Shown: positions 8,823 through 19,029 of the stretch, piece after piece
Numbering within the stretch: position 1 is the stretch's first letter
Layout: each line of letters opens with the position of its first letter
Assembly: GCA_963850305.1 (NCBI GenBank)
Contig: CAWKKR010000008.1
Span: forward strand, 1,408,001-1,472,000
From: an uncultured delta proteobacterium
GTDB lineage: Bacteria > Myxococcota_A > Polyangia > Polyangiales > Polyangiaceae
Direction: 5' to 3'
DNA: 64,000 nucleotides
Translations under genes and position numbers: made by a program
Notes under the pieces: generated by a model
Database searches by the model: none
Seen by the model: the letters and a program-made list of their open reading frames with translations, nothing else
What the model was told of the DNA's origin: nothing

Positions 8823-9737
8823 CTACCAGTTTGCGTTCTTGCGTTGAATATCCGTCCAAGGTTCCTTACAGAGGATGCAGTCATCGCCGTAGAAGTATTT
8901 CTTGGCACCCAGGTCGCCATAGATCCAGAGACGCAGCCACGCGATGGCGGGCGCTCGTTCGTCCCCGCCGTCTCCGTTGTTTTCGAGGACGTACAGGTGG
9001 CCCGCGAAGCTCGCTGACGCGTCGGGGACGTCCAAGGTTGCCATGACCGTCGGCACTACCGTGGACGAGTCGTAACACGGTTGTACGAACCCCGACTTCG
9101 TCACGAATCCGTCCGCGGTGGACGTGAAGAGCAAGAGCGGTCCCTGGAGCGCCGCGGCCGCGCCGGGCAGGCCATGGAACGAAACCGTGGCGAGCACGCC
9201 CGGGTGACTGCCCGCGTTCACTGCCGCGCCTCCGCCCAGGGAGTAGCCAACGGTAGCGGCGCAATCGACGTTGAGCTGGCCTTCGAACTGACCTCCGGCG
9301 GCGTTCTGTGCGATCAGCCAATCGAGTCCGGCGTTCATCAGATCCGCGGTGACGGTGGTGCTATCGCTCGCGACGATCACGAAGCCGTGAGAGGCGATGT
9401 CGCTCAGCAATCCCGGATAGGCCTGAGGCGTGGTGGTGATGCCGTTGCCCCACGTGATGATCGGGTGCTTGAATCCGTTCTGTCCGAGGACGGTCGGGCG
9501 GATCACCGTATATGTTCCGTCCGGTCCGGTGCCGTCGGTCGTGGTCGTGTCGGGGAACGGGCCGGGGAGTGAGTAGTCGTCGACGGGCGGCAGGGTTCCG
9601 CACATCGAAGCGGCCTTGGCCCGAGCGTCCGCCGCACCGGAGTCCCGGCGCTCGGCGCCGACGATGTCATCGTGGGAGCTGCATGCCATCGAACCAAACG
9701 CCCCAAGCATGGCTGCCCCGAACCAGTATTTCTTCAT
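8823..9737 (-). CDS. lipoprotein cutinase/PETase/chlorophyllase-like alpha/beta-hydrolase
   Basis: Lipobox SMAC, HPIITWGNG, IASHGFVIVA, GYSLGGG, TADGFV, GHL. Confidence 0.8.
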   Translation of the reverse strand: MKKYWFGAAMLGAFGSMACSSHDDIVGAERRDSGAADARAKAASMCGTLPPVDDYSLPGPFPDTTTTDGTGPDGTYTVIRPTVLGQNGFKHPIITWGNGITTTPQAYPGLLSDIASHGFVIVASDSTTVTADLMNAGLDWLIAQNAAGGQFEGQLNVDCAATVGYSLGGGAAVNAGSHPGVLATVSFHGLPGAAAALQGPLLLFTSTADGFVTKSGFVQPCYDSSTVVPTVMATLDVPDASASFAGHLYVLENNGDGGDERAPAIAWLRLWIYGDLGAKKYFYGDDCILCKEPWTDIQRKNANW

Positions 9738-9770
9738 GTCGTCACGTTCCTTCCGTCAGGGATGCGAAGA

Positions 9771-10649
9771 TCATCGGAAGACCATCGTCCGGTTGTCGAA
9801 GACGAGAATGCGATTTTCGAGATGCGCGCGAACGGCGGTCGAGAGCACGACGCGTTCGAGGTCGCGGCCCTTGCGGATCAGATCGTCCACCGAGTCGCGG
9901 TGCGTGGTGTGCGCGACGTCCTGGTGAATGATGGGGCCTTCGTCGAGCGCATCCGTCACGTAGTGCGCCGTTGCACCGATGACCTTGACGCCGCGCTCGT
10001 GGGCCTGGTGATACGGCTTCTTCCCGACGAACGCGGGCAAGAAGGAGTGATGAATGTTGATGATCCGCTCCGGCAGGGCCCGGACCATCGTTGCGCTCAG
10101 GATCTGCATGTACCGGGCGAGCACGACGAGATCGACGCGGCGCGAGGAGAGCAGCTCGAGCGCGGCCTCTTCCTGTGCATCGCGAGTCTCCGGCGTGACG
10201 GGCAGGAACCGGTACTCGACGCCGAACTGAGCGGCGACGGGTTCGAGATCTGGATGATTGCTGATGATGAGAGCGAGCTCGCACGGAAGCTCGCCCGCCC
10301 GGTGACGGAGGATCAGGTCATACAAGCAATGATCGTATTTCGAGACGAAGACGGCCACTCGCGGCACGTGGCTCGAGTACGCGAGTCGGTACCGGAGCGA
10401 GAGCCGTTCGGCGACCTCGGCGATGCCGTGCTCGAGCGCGACGCGGTCGGTATGGAGATCGGCAAGGTCGAAGTGTACGCGCTGGAAGAACTGCTTCGCT
10501 TGCTGGTCGGTGTGCTGATCGGCGTCGAGGATGTTCGCGCCGTGCCCGTAGAGCAGCTGCGCCAGCGCCGCGACGATCCCCTTTCGGTCCGCGCACGAGA
10601 CGAGCAGGGTCGCCGTTTTGCCAGGATGCCCGTCCGCTCGCGTCGTCAT
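9771..10649 (-). CDS. purU: formyltetrahydrofolate deformylase
   Basis: ACT domain SCADRKGIVA, VLARYMQIL, INIHHSFLPAFVGKKPYHQAHERGVKVIGATAHYVT. Confidence 0.96.
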   Translation of the reverse strand: MTTRADGHPGKTATLLVSCADRKGIVAALAQLLYGHGANILDADQHTDQQAKQFFQRVHFDLADLHTDRVALEHGIAEVAERLSLRYRLAYSSHVPRVAVFVSKYDHCLYDLILRHRAGELPCELALIISNHPDLEPVAAQFGVEYRFLPVTPETRDAQEEAALELLSSRRVDLVVLARYMQILSATMVRALPERIINIHHSFLPAFVGKKPYHQAHERGVKVIGATAHYVTDALDEGPIIHQDVAHTTHRDSVDDLIRKGRDLERVVLSTAVRAHLENRILVFDNRTMVFR

Positions 10650-11788
10650 GACCAGAAGCGACGGGCCGTGTTTGCGACGAGCTCGAGCTTGCGCCACTGA
10701 TCGTCTTCGGTGACCAGGTTGCCCTTCAACGTGGAAGCAAAGCCACATTGGGGCGACACGGCGAGCCGGCTCGGGTCGAGATACTTCGACGCCTGATCGA
10801 GCTCGGCGAGCAATCCCTCCGACGTCTCCATCGTCGCTAGCTTCGAGCTGACGATGCCGAGGACGACCACGGAGTCGCCCGCGGGTACGTGACGAAGAGC
10901 GGAGAAGTCGCCCATGCGTTCCTTGTTTTCCCATTCGATCAGGAACGAGTCGTACGGGAGAGAGAAGAGCGCTTCGGAGACGGGGTCGAGGCGTCCTTCC
11001 GCGACGTAACGGCCCTGATTGTTGCCGCGGCAGACGTGCATCCCGGTCCGCACGTGAGCGGGCAGCCCGGAGATGACTTCTCGATCCGCCCACTCCGCGA
11101 GCTCCAGCGTCGCCTTCCAGTCGTACCCATGCCGTTCCATGCGGGCGCACCAGTCCGGATCGCAAAGAAACGGGTACACGGGGAAGTCGAGCTGCACGTA
11201 CCGGCAACCGGCTCGAACCACGTCGGCGATCATCGCTTTCTCGATCGCCACCACATGCTCGACGAGCTGCCGGTGCGATTCGTACGCGTGCCCGTTGAGC
11301 TCCCGGTTGTAGTTGTACGGGAGTGCGAGAAATGATCCCGCCGGGAAGGTCACCTTGTACAGGTGGTCCGTAATGCCGGACATGAACGCGGCTTCCTGGG
11401 CCGCGGGGCTACCGACCTGCTCCAGCCGGTTCACGACGTACTGCATGTTCCACTCGATGACCGAGCCGTCCGCGGCCTTGAATTTTGCCTTCGAAACTTC
11501 GCTCGAGAAGCCCGTGATGCCGTCGAACAGGGAGTTCAAGAACATGTATCGCCGGAACTCGCCGTCGGTGACGACGTCGAGGCCGATGTCGGTTTGCTTC
11601 TGCACGACGCGCCGCGCCTCTTCTTCGGCGATGGCGTAGAGCTCGTCCATGCCGTGCGCTCGCTCCGCATCTTCCACGGCGACGTGACCGGGTTCGTAGA
11701 CGGCCTCGTTCGCCGCGATGAGGCGAGCGGAGCGTTTCAGACTGCCGACTTGCTCGGCGCGGGGTACGGGCTTCTTCGGAGGGGTCAT
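10646..11788 (-). CDS. cobalamin-independent methionine synthase II-like (MetE C-terminal) Zn enzyme
   Basis: RAEQVGSL, VTDGEFRR, HVCRGN, SPQCGFAST, QWRKL. Confidence 0.88.
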   Translation of the reverse strand: MTPPKKPVPRAEQVGSLKRSARLIAANEAVYEPGHVAVEDAERAHGMDELYAIAEEEARRVVQKQTDIGLDVVTDGEFRRYMFLNSLFDGITGFSSEVSKAKFKAADGSVIEWNMQYVVNRLEQVGSPAAQEAAFMSGITDHLYKVTFPAGSFLALPYNYNRELNGHAYESHRQLVEHVVAIEKAMIADVVRAGCRYVQLDFPVYPFLCDPDWCARMERHGYDWKATLELAEWADREVISGLPAHVRTGMHVCRGNNQGRYVAEGRLDPVSEALFSLPYDSFLIEWENKERMGDFSALRHVPAGDSVVVLGIVSSKLATMETSEGLLAELDQASKYLDPSRLAVSPQCGFASTLKGNLVTEDDQWRKLELVANTARRFWS

Positions 11789-12729
11789 CGCGTTTCCTTT
11801 CGTGGCGGTCCGGATGCCATGTTGCGGGCCACAAGATCTTGCCGCCTGAGCCGATATTGCGCGGATGTCGGCGGTGCACCCGGGGCCTTGAGCACGTGGT
11901 AATCGGAGCCGAGCGCGACGCCGAGGCTCGTCTTGGAAATGGTCGGCGGAAACCCGCGATGGGCGTCGGTCGCTACGCCATCGACCACACGATTGGACAG
12001 ACGTCCGATTCCGTCGACTTCGACTTCGACGAGGTCTCCTGGATAGACGGGGCGCGAGTGCCAGGGCGTTCCAGTCAGCACGATGTCGCCCGGGCGCAGC
12101 GTGACGTGACGCGTGATGTCCGCGAGCAGGTCTTCGATCCCCCAGACCATCTCGGTGACCGCGCCTTCCTGCACTTTTTCGGAATTCACGTACGTCCGGA
12201 GCGTCGACTTGCGAATGTCGATCCCGCTCACGATCCCGGGCCCGACCGGGCAGAACCCGTCCTGCCCTTTCACCCGCAACATGGAGCCTGCGTCGGTGTC
12301 CCTGAAGTCGTGGACACCGACGTCATTCGCGCAGGTGAATCCTGCCAGGTGGTCCCAGACGTCCCCCGGGCGAACACGCTGCATCGTGCGACCGACGACG
12401 GCGGCGATCTCGCCCTCGTAGTTCATGAGCTGGCAGTCCGGCGGGCGTACGAGATTCGCGCCGTGCGCGCCGATCGCCGTGGGCGGCTTGAGAAAGTAGG
12501 TGGGATGGGCATCGTCGATGCTCACGCCGAACTCCGCGGCGCGCGACCCGTAGTTCAAGTGAACGCAGACGATGGTGCGCGGCTCGACGGGCGGCGCGTG
12601 TACCGCCTCGAGGGGCGCGATGGATCGACTGCCGCCCACGAGCACGTCGCCGTCCAGGGTGCAGAGCTGTACGGTGCCGTCGATCACGATCCGGCGGATT
12701 TCTCGACGCGGCCCTTCGAGCACGCTCAC
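11785..12729 (-). CDS. fumarylacetoacetate hydrolase family protein (HpaG-like)
   Basis: CVHLNY, NYEGEIA, ANDVG, RVKGQDGFCPVGP, PGDIVLTGTP; GTG 12729 overlaps the upstream TGA. Confidence 0.92.
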   Translation of the reverse strand: MSVLEGPRREIRRIVIDGTVQLCTLDGDVLVGGSRSIAPLEAVHAPPVEPRTIVCVHLNYGSRAAEFGVSIDDAHPTYFLKPPTAIGAHGANLVRPPDCQLMNYEGEIAAVVGRTMQRVRPGDVWDHLAGFTCANDVGVHDFRDTDAGSMLRVKGQDGFCPVGPGIVSGIDIRKSTLRTYVNSEKVQEGAVTEMVWGIEDLLADITRHVTLRPGDIVLTGTPWHSRPVYPGDLVEVEVDGIGRLSNRVVDGVATDAHRGFPPTISKTSLGVALGSDYHVLKAPGAPPTSAQYRLRRQDLVARNMASGPPRKETR

Positions 12730-13509
12730 AGGGGTTCCACCTTTCCGCCGAGCACCGAGAACGCCATCGAGAACACGCAGCCGGCGCCCACTGAGAGGGG
12801 TCCGAGCGCGTCGAGCTCTTCGTACTCGGTGCGCCCGAGCTGGAGCATGCCAGCGCCGGTGTGGACCGTGCCGCACTCGAAGTTCGCGATCGTCCCGGAT
12901 GCGAGCTCATTCACCGACGGCGCGTCGCGATCGATCGATGGAAAGAGTCGCGTGTGCACAAGGGGCAGCGTGGCGGCTCGCGGGAGGCGGTCCGACGTGC
13001 GCTCGAGGGTGACGCTCGCGGTCACCACGCGTCGCCAGTGGCTGGTTGCGTGGGCGGCGAACACCGCTCCGGCTTGCTTTCGAACACCACCTCGACCGAG
13101 AGCGACCGGTCTCGTCATCGCGATGGCCCCGAGCTTCTTCGGGAAATCCCTGGATCTGGCCGCGGAGCAGCGAGAGCTCGCTGTCCACCCAGATGAACGG
13201 GACGCGCCCGATCTTCTTGTCCCCGCGCAACGCGTGCAGGACGACGTAGGCCTCGCGGTACTGCCCGACGGCGGGATCGGCGAGCACGCGTTCGTCATGG
13301 TCGCTCGCGGAGCACCAATCCGCGAAGACGACGCTCGCGGCGCCGTCCGGGGACGGCTCGAATCCTCGCGGAAGAAGCGCCGCGACGGCGTCGACCGGCG
13401 CCGTGAAATCGACGGCGATGATCTCGCCCGAGTAGTGCCACGGCGGCGGCGCGACGATCGACGAGCGTCCGGTTGCCGTCTGCGGAAGCGTCCAGCCTTT
13501 CAACGTCAT
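12726..13509 (-). CDS. acetoacetate decarboxylase family protein (single frameshift ~13142)
   Basis: PPPWHYSG...YREA...IWVDS...QGFP|KKLG; one extra base in the short C run at the Schiff-base PKK motif, possibly a sequencing error. Confidence 0.82.
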
Positions 13510-14390
13510 GGGGCGACTCCCTCGGACGTCGTGTGGAAGAACACGTGCGTTTGCCCCGTGCCGACGGCATTCTCGTATTCGGAGAGTCGCTCACCCCGCG
13601 CCCGGCATTCGCGCCCACCGACCGCGCCGAGCGCCATCAGATAGTGAGCGAAGCGCCCTTCGGGATGATACTTCGACTGATATTCAGGCCAGAGCTCGAG
13701 CACCGCGGCGTGCTCTCCGCGCTCCCAGTGCCCGAGAATTCGAAGGTCCATGGCGCGCGCTTCCGCCGAGATGACGTGCGAAGCGTCGTAGCCGAAGTGG
13801 TTCCGGATGGTCGCGAGCGGCCAGAAGCGATGACTCATGCCGCCGCTCCCGAGTACCGCGACGCGCGCGCCGTCCACGTGCTTCACGGCCTCCGCGAGCG
13901 CGCTCCCGAGAGCGAGGTAGTCCTCCATCGCGCCCGTCTGAACGATGCCGCACGACAGCACGGTCTCCGCTCGCCGCAGATGATGCACCAGGTTGATGGT
14001 CGCGTAGTGCTGCGGCAGGGACGGCGTGGTGACGTTCACCGTGTAGAGTCCGCGCTCCTTGCCCACCCGGTGCCAGGCTTTGGCAAGCTCCGGTGCGCCC
14101 GGGTAGTCGTACGGGACCTCACAGATGCTGCGGGGCATCTCGTCGCTCGTGTAATTGCCGAGGAAGTGATCCGCGCCCGCGAGGACGTGCTCGGTCGTCG
14201 TGTACCAGTGCGTGTCGAGGATGACGAAGGTGTTCACCTCGAGCTCGGCAAAGCGCTCCCGGAGGCGCCGATAGCCGGGCTCGACCAGCGTGGTGTCCGC
14301 GCCGGTGCCGCCGAGCTCGACGCGGATCTTCTCGTCCACCATCACCATGGGCTGGTGGGCGACGACTGCGGCGGCGACGATGCTACCCAT
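13506..14390 (-). CDS. class III extradiol dioxygenase (LigB/HpaD-like)
   Basis: VAHQP, DTHW, YDYPGAPELA, GSGGMSHRFW. Confidence 0.9.
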   Translation of the reverse strand: MGSIVAAAVVAHQPMVMVDEKIRVELGGTGADTTLVEPGYRRLRERFAELEVNTFVILDTHWYTTTEHVLAGADHFLGNYTSDEMPRSICEVPYDYPGAPELAKAWHRVGKERGLYTVNVTTPSLPQHYATINLVHHLRRAETVLSCGIVQTGAMEDYLALGSALAEAVKHVDGARVAVLGSGGMSHRFWPLATIRNHFGYDASHVISAEARAMDLRILGHWERGEHAAVLELWPEYQSKYHPEGRFAHYLMALGAVGGRECRARGERLSEYENAVGTGQTHVFFHTTSEGVAP

Positions 14391-15855
14391 GCGTCGCCTC
14401 CCCGGGGAACGTGCAGCGCTTGATCGCGACGTTCTTCACGTCGCAATGAAAGTCGAAGCTCCATTTCCCGCCCTCGCGCCCGATGCCGGATTTGCGAGCG
14501 CCGCCGAACGGGGCATCGAGATCCCGCGCGAAGTAGCAATTGACCCAGACGGTTCCTCCGGCGATGCGCGACGCGACGCGCGTCGCGCGGTCGCGGTCGC
14601 GCGTGTAGACGACGGCAGCGAGCCCGTAGCTCGTACCGTTGGCGAGTTCGACCGCCTGCGCTTCGCTTTCGAACGTCTGCCAAGTGAGTACCGGGCCGAA
14701 CACCTCGTGTTGCACGACCTCGGACGACTGCTGGACGCTCGTGAGGATCGTCGGTTGGTAATAGAGCCCCCCGCGTTCGTGCCGGGCGCCGCCGAAGATG
14801 GCCGTCGCCCCGGTTCCGAGCGCGCGCTCCACGAAACCCGAAACGCGCTCGAGCTGTCGCGGGTGGATGAGCGGTCCGACGCGAACGCCTTTCTGCCGTG
14901 GATCGCCGACGGTGAACGCCGTGGCTGCTTTGAGGACGCGCGCACGAAATTCCGGTTCGATCGACGCATCCACGAGGATGCGGGTCCCCGCGAGGCACAC
15001 CTGGCCGGCATTGTTGAATTGCGCGACCACCGTATTTGCTGCTTCACCGAGATCGGCGTCTGCGAAGACGATGAACGGCGACTTTCCGCCGAGTTCGAGG
15101 CTCACCGGTGTGATGTTTGCCGCGGCGGCGCGCCCTACCGCGCGCCCCGTTGTCGTCGAACCGGTAAAGCTAATGCGATCGACCCCTGGGTGCTCGACGA
15201 GCGCCTGACCCGCTTCGGAACCGATCCCCTGCACGACGTTGAAGACGCCGCGCGGAACGCCGGCACGCTGCGCGACCTCCGCGAGCAGCGAGCACGAGAG
15301 GGGCGCCCATTCCGGCGGCTTCAGCACGACCGTGTTTCCAGCGGCGAGCGCCGGACCGAGCTTCCACGTCGACAGCATGAGCGGCGCGTTCCATGGTGTG
15401 ATCAGCGCCGCGACACCTGCGGGTTCGTGGCGCACGTGATTGTCCACCTCGTGACCCGCGATGACCTCCTCTCCGAGGGTGCACGCGAGCGATGCGAAGT
15501 AAGAAATGTTGTGTGCGGACCGTTCGACGATTCGCTTCAGATTGGCTATGAGGAGCGAGCCGTTATCGGCTGTCTCGACTGCCGAAAGCTCCGCCTTGCT
15601 TTCGAGGATGCCTTCAGCGAGGCGCTTCAGGATCTGACCGCGCCCATCTGGACCGAGGGCCGCCCACGCCGGAAACGCGTCCCGCGCGGCCGAGACGGCC
15701 TGGTCGACGTCCTCCGCGCTCCCCGCGGCGACGTCTCCCAAGATCGCGCCATCGATGGGAGAGAACACCTCGAACGTTTTCCCGTTGAAAGCGCATCGCT
15801 CTCCACCGACGAAGTGACGGGTGTCCACCTGTACATTTTCGACGCGAATCGACAT
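14383..15855 (-). CDS. aldehyde dehydrogenase (HpaE/muconic semialdehyde DH-like)
   Basis: ITPWNAP, FTGST, LELGGKSP, NAGQVCLAG, EVFGPV. Confidence 0.93.
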   Translation of the reverse strand: MSIRVENVQVDTRHFVGGERCAFNGKTFEVFSPIDGAILGDVAAGSAEDVDQAVSAARDAFPAWAALGPDGRGQILKRLAEGILESKAELSAVETADNGSLLIANLKRIVERSAHNISYFASLACTLGEEVIAGHEVDNHVRHEPAGVAALITPWNAPLMLSTWKLGPALAAGNTVVLKPPEWAPLSCSLLAEVAQRAGVPRGVFNVVQGIGSEAGQALVEHPGVDRISFTGSTTTGRAVGRAAAANITPVSLELGGKSPFIVFADADLGEAANTVVAQFNNAGQVCLAGTRILVDASIEPEFRARVLKAATAFTVGDPRQKGVRVGPLIHPRQLERVSGFVERALGTGATAIFGGARHERGGLYYQPTILTSVQQSSEVVQHEVFGPVLTWQTFESEAQAVELANGTSYGLAAVVYTRDRDRATRVASRIAGGTVWVNCYFARDLDAPFGGARKSGIGREGGKWSFDFHCDVKNVAIKRCTFPGEATHG

Positions 15856-17387
15856 CAGGCTCTTCCTAGGGTGTCCATGGTTTCGGAGGCTCTCGAGAAG
15901 CGCTCGCGAAGCGCTCGTTTCAGGATCTTTCCGGGACCGGATTTTGGCAGCGGTGTGACTTGCACGTAGATGCGCTTGGGTACTTTGTACCCGGCAATGA
16001 AGCTCCGGCAGTGGGACCTGAGCTCGGCCGCCAGCTCATCGTGCGCGACCTCACCGTCTTCACGCACGACGACGATGGCATGAACGGCTTCCCCCCAGGT
16101 CGGATCGGAGACACCGAACACGGCGGCTTCGACGACCGCCGGATGCCGGTTGAGAACGTCCTCCACTTCGATCGAGTAAACGTTTTCTCCTCCCGAGATG
16201 ATCATGTCCTTCTTGCGATCGACGACGAAGACGTAACCGTCGTCTCGCATCAGCCCGAGGTCCCCCGTGTGGTACCAGCCGTCCGCGATAGCCTCCGCCC
16301 CGGCCGCGGGATCGTTCCAGTAACCGACAGTCACGTTGGATCCCCGGACGAGAATTTCGCCGACCTCACCTGGATCGCACTCGGTGCCGTCCGGACGCAC
16401 GATCTTCACCGACACGCCCGGCACCGCGCGACCGCACGAGCCAAGGAGCGGCGTCCCGATCACCGTCTCTTCGTTCCGAAGGCAGGTCACGATGGAGGCG
16501 GTCTCCGTGGCGCCGTAGAATTGCGCGAGCTCCGCCGAGGGGAACGTCTCATGGGCCGCCTCGATGACGGCGTTCGCGATGGACGAACCGGCATGGCCGA
16601 GCATTCGCAACGAAGAGACGTCTCGAGGACGTCGCCGCTGCGACTCCACGAGGGCGGACAGCATCGTCGGGACCGGCATGATGACCGTGATGTGGTGCTC
16701 CGTCATTGCGTCGAGGCAATTCTCCGGTTCGAACGACGGCAGCGTCACGGTCGTCGCCCCGAGCCACACGAGGCCCACGAGTGGCGCCACTCCCGCGACG
16801 TGAAACATCGCGGCGATTGCGAGGAATCGGTCGTCACCGGTCAGCGAGCACGCGACGACCTTGTGGAAGGCGTTCGCTATCAAGTTACGATGGGTCGTCA
16901 TGACGCCCTTCGGTCTTCCGGTCGTGCCGCCGGTGTAGAAGAGCGCCGCGATGGCATCCTCGTCGCGGCTCGGGGGAGGCGCGTCCCCGCTCCCGGAGAG
17001 CAGTGCTTCGTAGTCGTCGGGAATGAACACCACGCGCTCCACGTGGGCCGCCAGCCCGCCCGGGTCGCGATCGGTAAGGAGAATGCGAGCGCCGGAGTCC
17101 ATGAGGATCGCCTCGAGCTCCGGCTCCGCAAGGCGCGTGTTGAGTGGAACCACGACCAACTCGAAGGCGGGGATCCCGAAAAAAGCCTCGACGTAGCGAT
17201 GGCCATTCGCGGCCAGCACGGCGACCCGATCGCCAGCGTGTGCGCCGAGCACGCGGAGACCCGCTGCGAGGCGCGCGCATCGGTCGTACAGCTCCGCGAA
17301 GATGACTGGCCGGTCTCGATCGATCACCGCCACTCGACTGCCGTGCTGACGCCGCGCGTGCTCGATCGGATCGATCATCGTCGACAT
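15855..17387 (-). CDS. acyl-CoA synthetase (AMP-forming)
   Basis: YTGGTTGRPKG, YGATE, WYHTGD, SGGENVY, PKSGPGK. Confidence 0.93.
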   Translation of the reverse strand: MSTMIDPIEHARRQHGSRVAVIDRDRPVIFAELYDRCARLAAGLRVLGAHAGDRVAVLAANGHRYVEAFFGIPAFELVVVPLNTRLAEPELEAILMDSGARILLTDRDPGGLAAHVERVVFIPDDYEALLSGSGDAPPPSRDEDAIAALFYTGGTTGRPKGVMTTHRNLIANAFHKVVACSLTGDDRFLAIAAMFHVAGVAPLVGLVWLGATTVTLPSFEPENCLDAMTEHHITVIMPVPTMLSALVESQRRRPRDVSSLRMLGHAGSSIANAVIEAAHETFPSAELAQFYGATETASIVTCLRNEETVIGTPLLGSCGRAVPGVSVKIVRPDGTECDPGEVGEILVRGSNVTVGYWNDPAAGAEAIADGWYHTGDLGLMRDDGYVFVVDRKKDMIISGGENVYSIEVEDVLNRHPAVVEAAVFGVSDPTWGEAVHAIVVVREDGEVAHDELAAELRSHCRSFIAGYKVPKRIYVQVTPLPKSGPGKILKRALRERFSRASETMDTLGRA

Positions 17388-17390
17388 GCG

Positions 17391-18368
17391 CTACTGCTCC
17401 GCGACGTCGATGACGACGTTGCCGAATAGATCTGGCTGTTGGGTCCTCGCAAGAGCGTCCCGGATGCGCTCAAGCGGAAACGTCGAGTCGATCACCGGTC
17501 GGAGGTCCGCTGCTTCCATGAAACGCAGCATGCGTAGCGTCTCGGCGCGCGTGCCCGACGTCGATCCGATGATGGAGACCTGATTGTAGAAGATACGTGG
17601 CAATTCCGGCGGAAGGTCGGAACCCGTCGTCGCGCCCGACGTCACGATGCGTCCGCCCGGGCGCACGGACCGCAAGCTGTGCTTGAAGGTGGCCGCGCCG
17701 ACGGTGTCGAAGACGATGTCCACCGGGCTCACACGTTCACCCGTCGGGATCGCCTCGTGAGCGCCGAGGGTGAGCGCGCGCTTGCGCTTCATCTCGGAGC
17801 GACTCGCGACCGTCACGTGGAGCCCCGCGGCGCGCGCCATGGCGATCGCCGCGGTCGCAACACCGCCTCCTGCGCCCTGGATCAAGAGCCGCTCCCCCGG
17901 CTTCGCGCCGCCCCGAGTGAAGAGCGCGCGATACGTCGTCGACCAACCGACGTTCAAGCAAGCGGCCTCGCGGAACGAGAGGCGCGCGGGCTTCGGGATG
18001 ACGTTTCGGACGGGGACGACGGTGTATTCTGCGAAGGAGCCCGGGGAGACTTCGGATACCAACGATCGGTCCGGGTCGAAGGTCTCGTCGCCGTCCCCGG
18101 CGTCGGGGTCGCCGAAGCACCCCGTAACCATCACCTCGTTCCCGCGCGCATCCCACCCGACGATGTCGCAACCGAGGATCCTGGGAAACGAATCCGCCTT
18201 CACCCCGACCCCACGAAGCGACCACAGGTCATGCATGTTCACGGTCGTGGCAGCGACGCGGATGCAAACCTGACCCGGTCCCGGCTCGGGCAACGGCCAG
18301 TCCTGCTTCAGTTCGATCGCCGAGAATGGATCCCGCTCGTCCACGCGAAGCGCCACGGCTGCACGCAT
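17391..18368 (-). CDS. MDR-family zinc-binding dehydrogenase/quinone oxidoreductase
   Basis: VNMHDLW, PRILGCD, QGAGGGVA, GSTSGT; start at MRAAVAL. Confidence 0.9.
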   Translation of the reverse strand: MRAAVALRVDERDPFSAIELKQDWPLPEPGPGQVCIRVAATTVNMHDLWSLRGVGVKADSFPRILGCDIVGWDARGNEVMVTGCFGDPDAGDGDETFDPDRSLVSEVSPGSFAEYTVVPVRNVIPKPARLSFREAACLNVGWSTTYRALFTRGGAKPGERLLIQGAGGGVATAAIAMARAAGLHVTVASRSEMKRKRALTLGAHEAIPTGERVSPVDIVFDTVGAATFKHSLRSVRPGGRIVTSGATTGSDLPPELPRIFYNQVSIIGSTSGTRAETLRMLRFMEAADLRPVIDSTFPLERIRDALARTQQPDLFGNVVIDVAEQ

Positions 18369-18441
18369 CGAAAGCCTCCGACTCCCGATCGAGAGTATCA
18401 AGCCACTTGATACTAACGAAGGCAGGGGTAGACTGTCAACG

Positions 18442-18936
18442 GTGCCGCGAATAGCGTATCTCGTGAAGCAAATCGAGCGAGCACTACGGGCGCAACTCGA
18501 TGGAGCGCTCCTGCCGCTCGGTGTCACCACGTCCGAGTACACGGCGCTCAGTATCCTGGGTGCGCGAAGTGGGCTCTCCTCGGCCGCGCTCTCGCGCCGG
18601 GTGTTCGTCACTCCACAGGCGATGAATCAGATCGTGCTCGAGCTCGCTCGCCGGGGGCTCATTCGTCGCAAAGTCAGCCCGGATCATCGCCGTGTCATGC
18701 ATATCAGCCTGACTTCTCGGGGCCGAGCCATGCTCGAAACCTGTGATCGGGCAACGCTTCCCGTCGAGGAACGGCTGCTCGAAAGCCTCTCGAGAGCGGA
18801 AGCGGCGGCGTTGCGAGGCGTGCTGTCGAGCTGTGTGCGCTCGCTCGCCGGCACGGCGGCGCCGCGTAACGAGCGAGGAGAGGACGGTCATGTCGAGCGC
18901 GGCAAGCAAAACGGCGCGCGGATTCAGGAAGACTGA
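18442..18936 (+). CDS. MarR-family regulator
   Basis: LSSAALSRRVFVTPQAMNQIV...LTSRG; divergent from the catabolic operon. Confidence 0.9.
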   Translation: MPRIAYLVKQIERALRAQLDGALLPLGVTTSEYTALSILGARSGLSSAALSRRVFVTPQAMNQIVLELARRGLIRRKVSPDHRRVMHISLTSRGRAMLETCDRATLPVEERLLESLSRAEAAALRGVLSSCVRSLAGTAAPRNERGEDGHVERGKQNGARIQED

Positions 18937-19029
18937 CGGCGACGCGATTCAATACGAGCTCTTCAGGGGCCGCCAGATCTTGCCGACGCGCCACCAGGAG
19001 CGCATAAAGCCCGCCGTGAAGCGGTTGTG

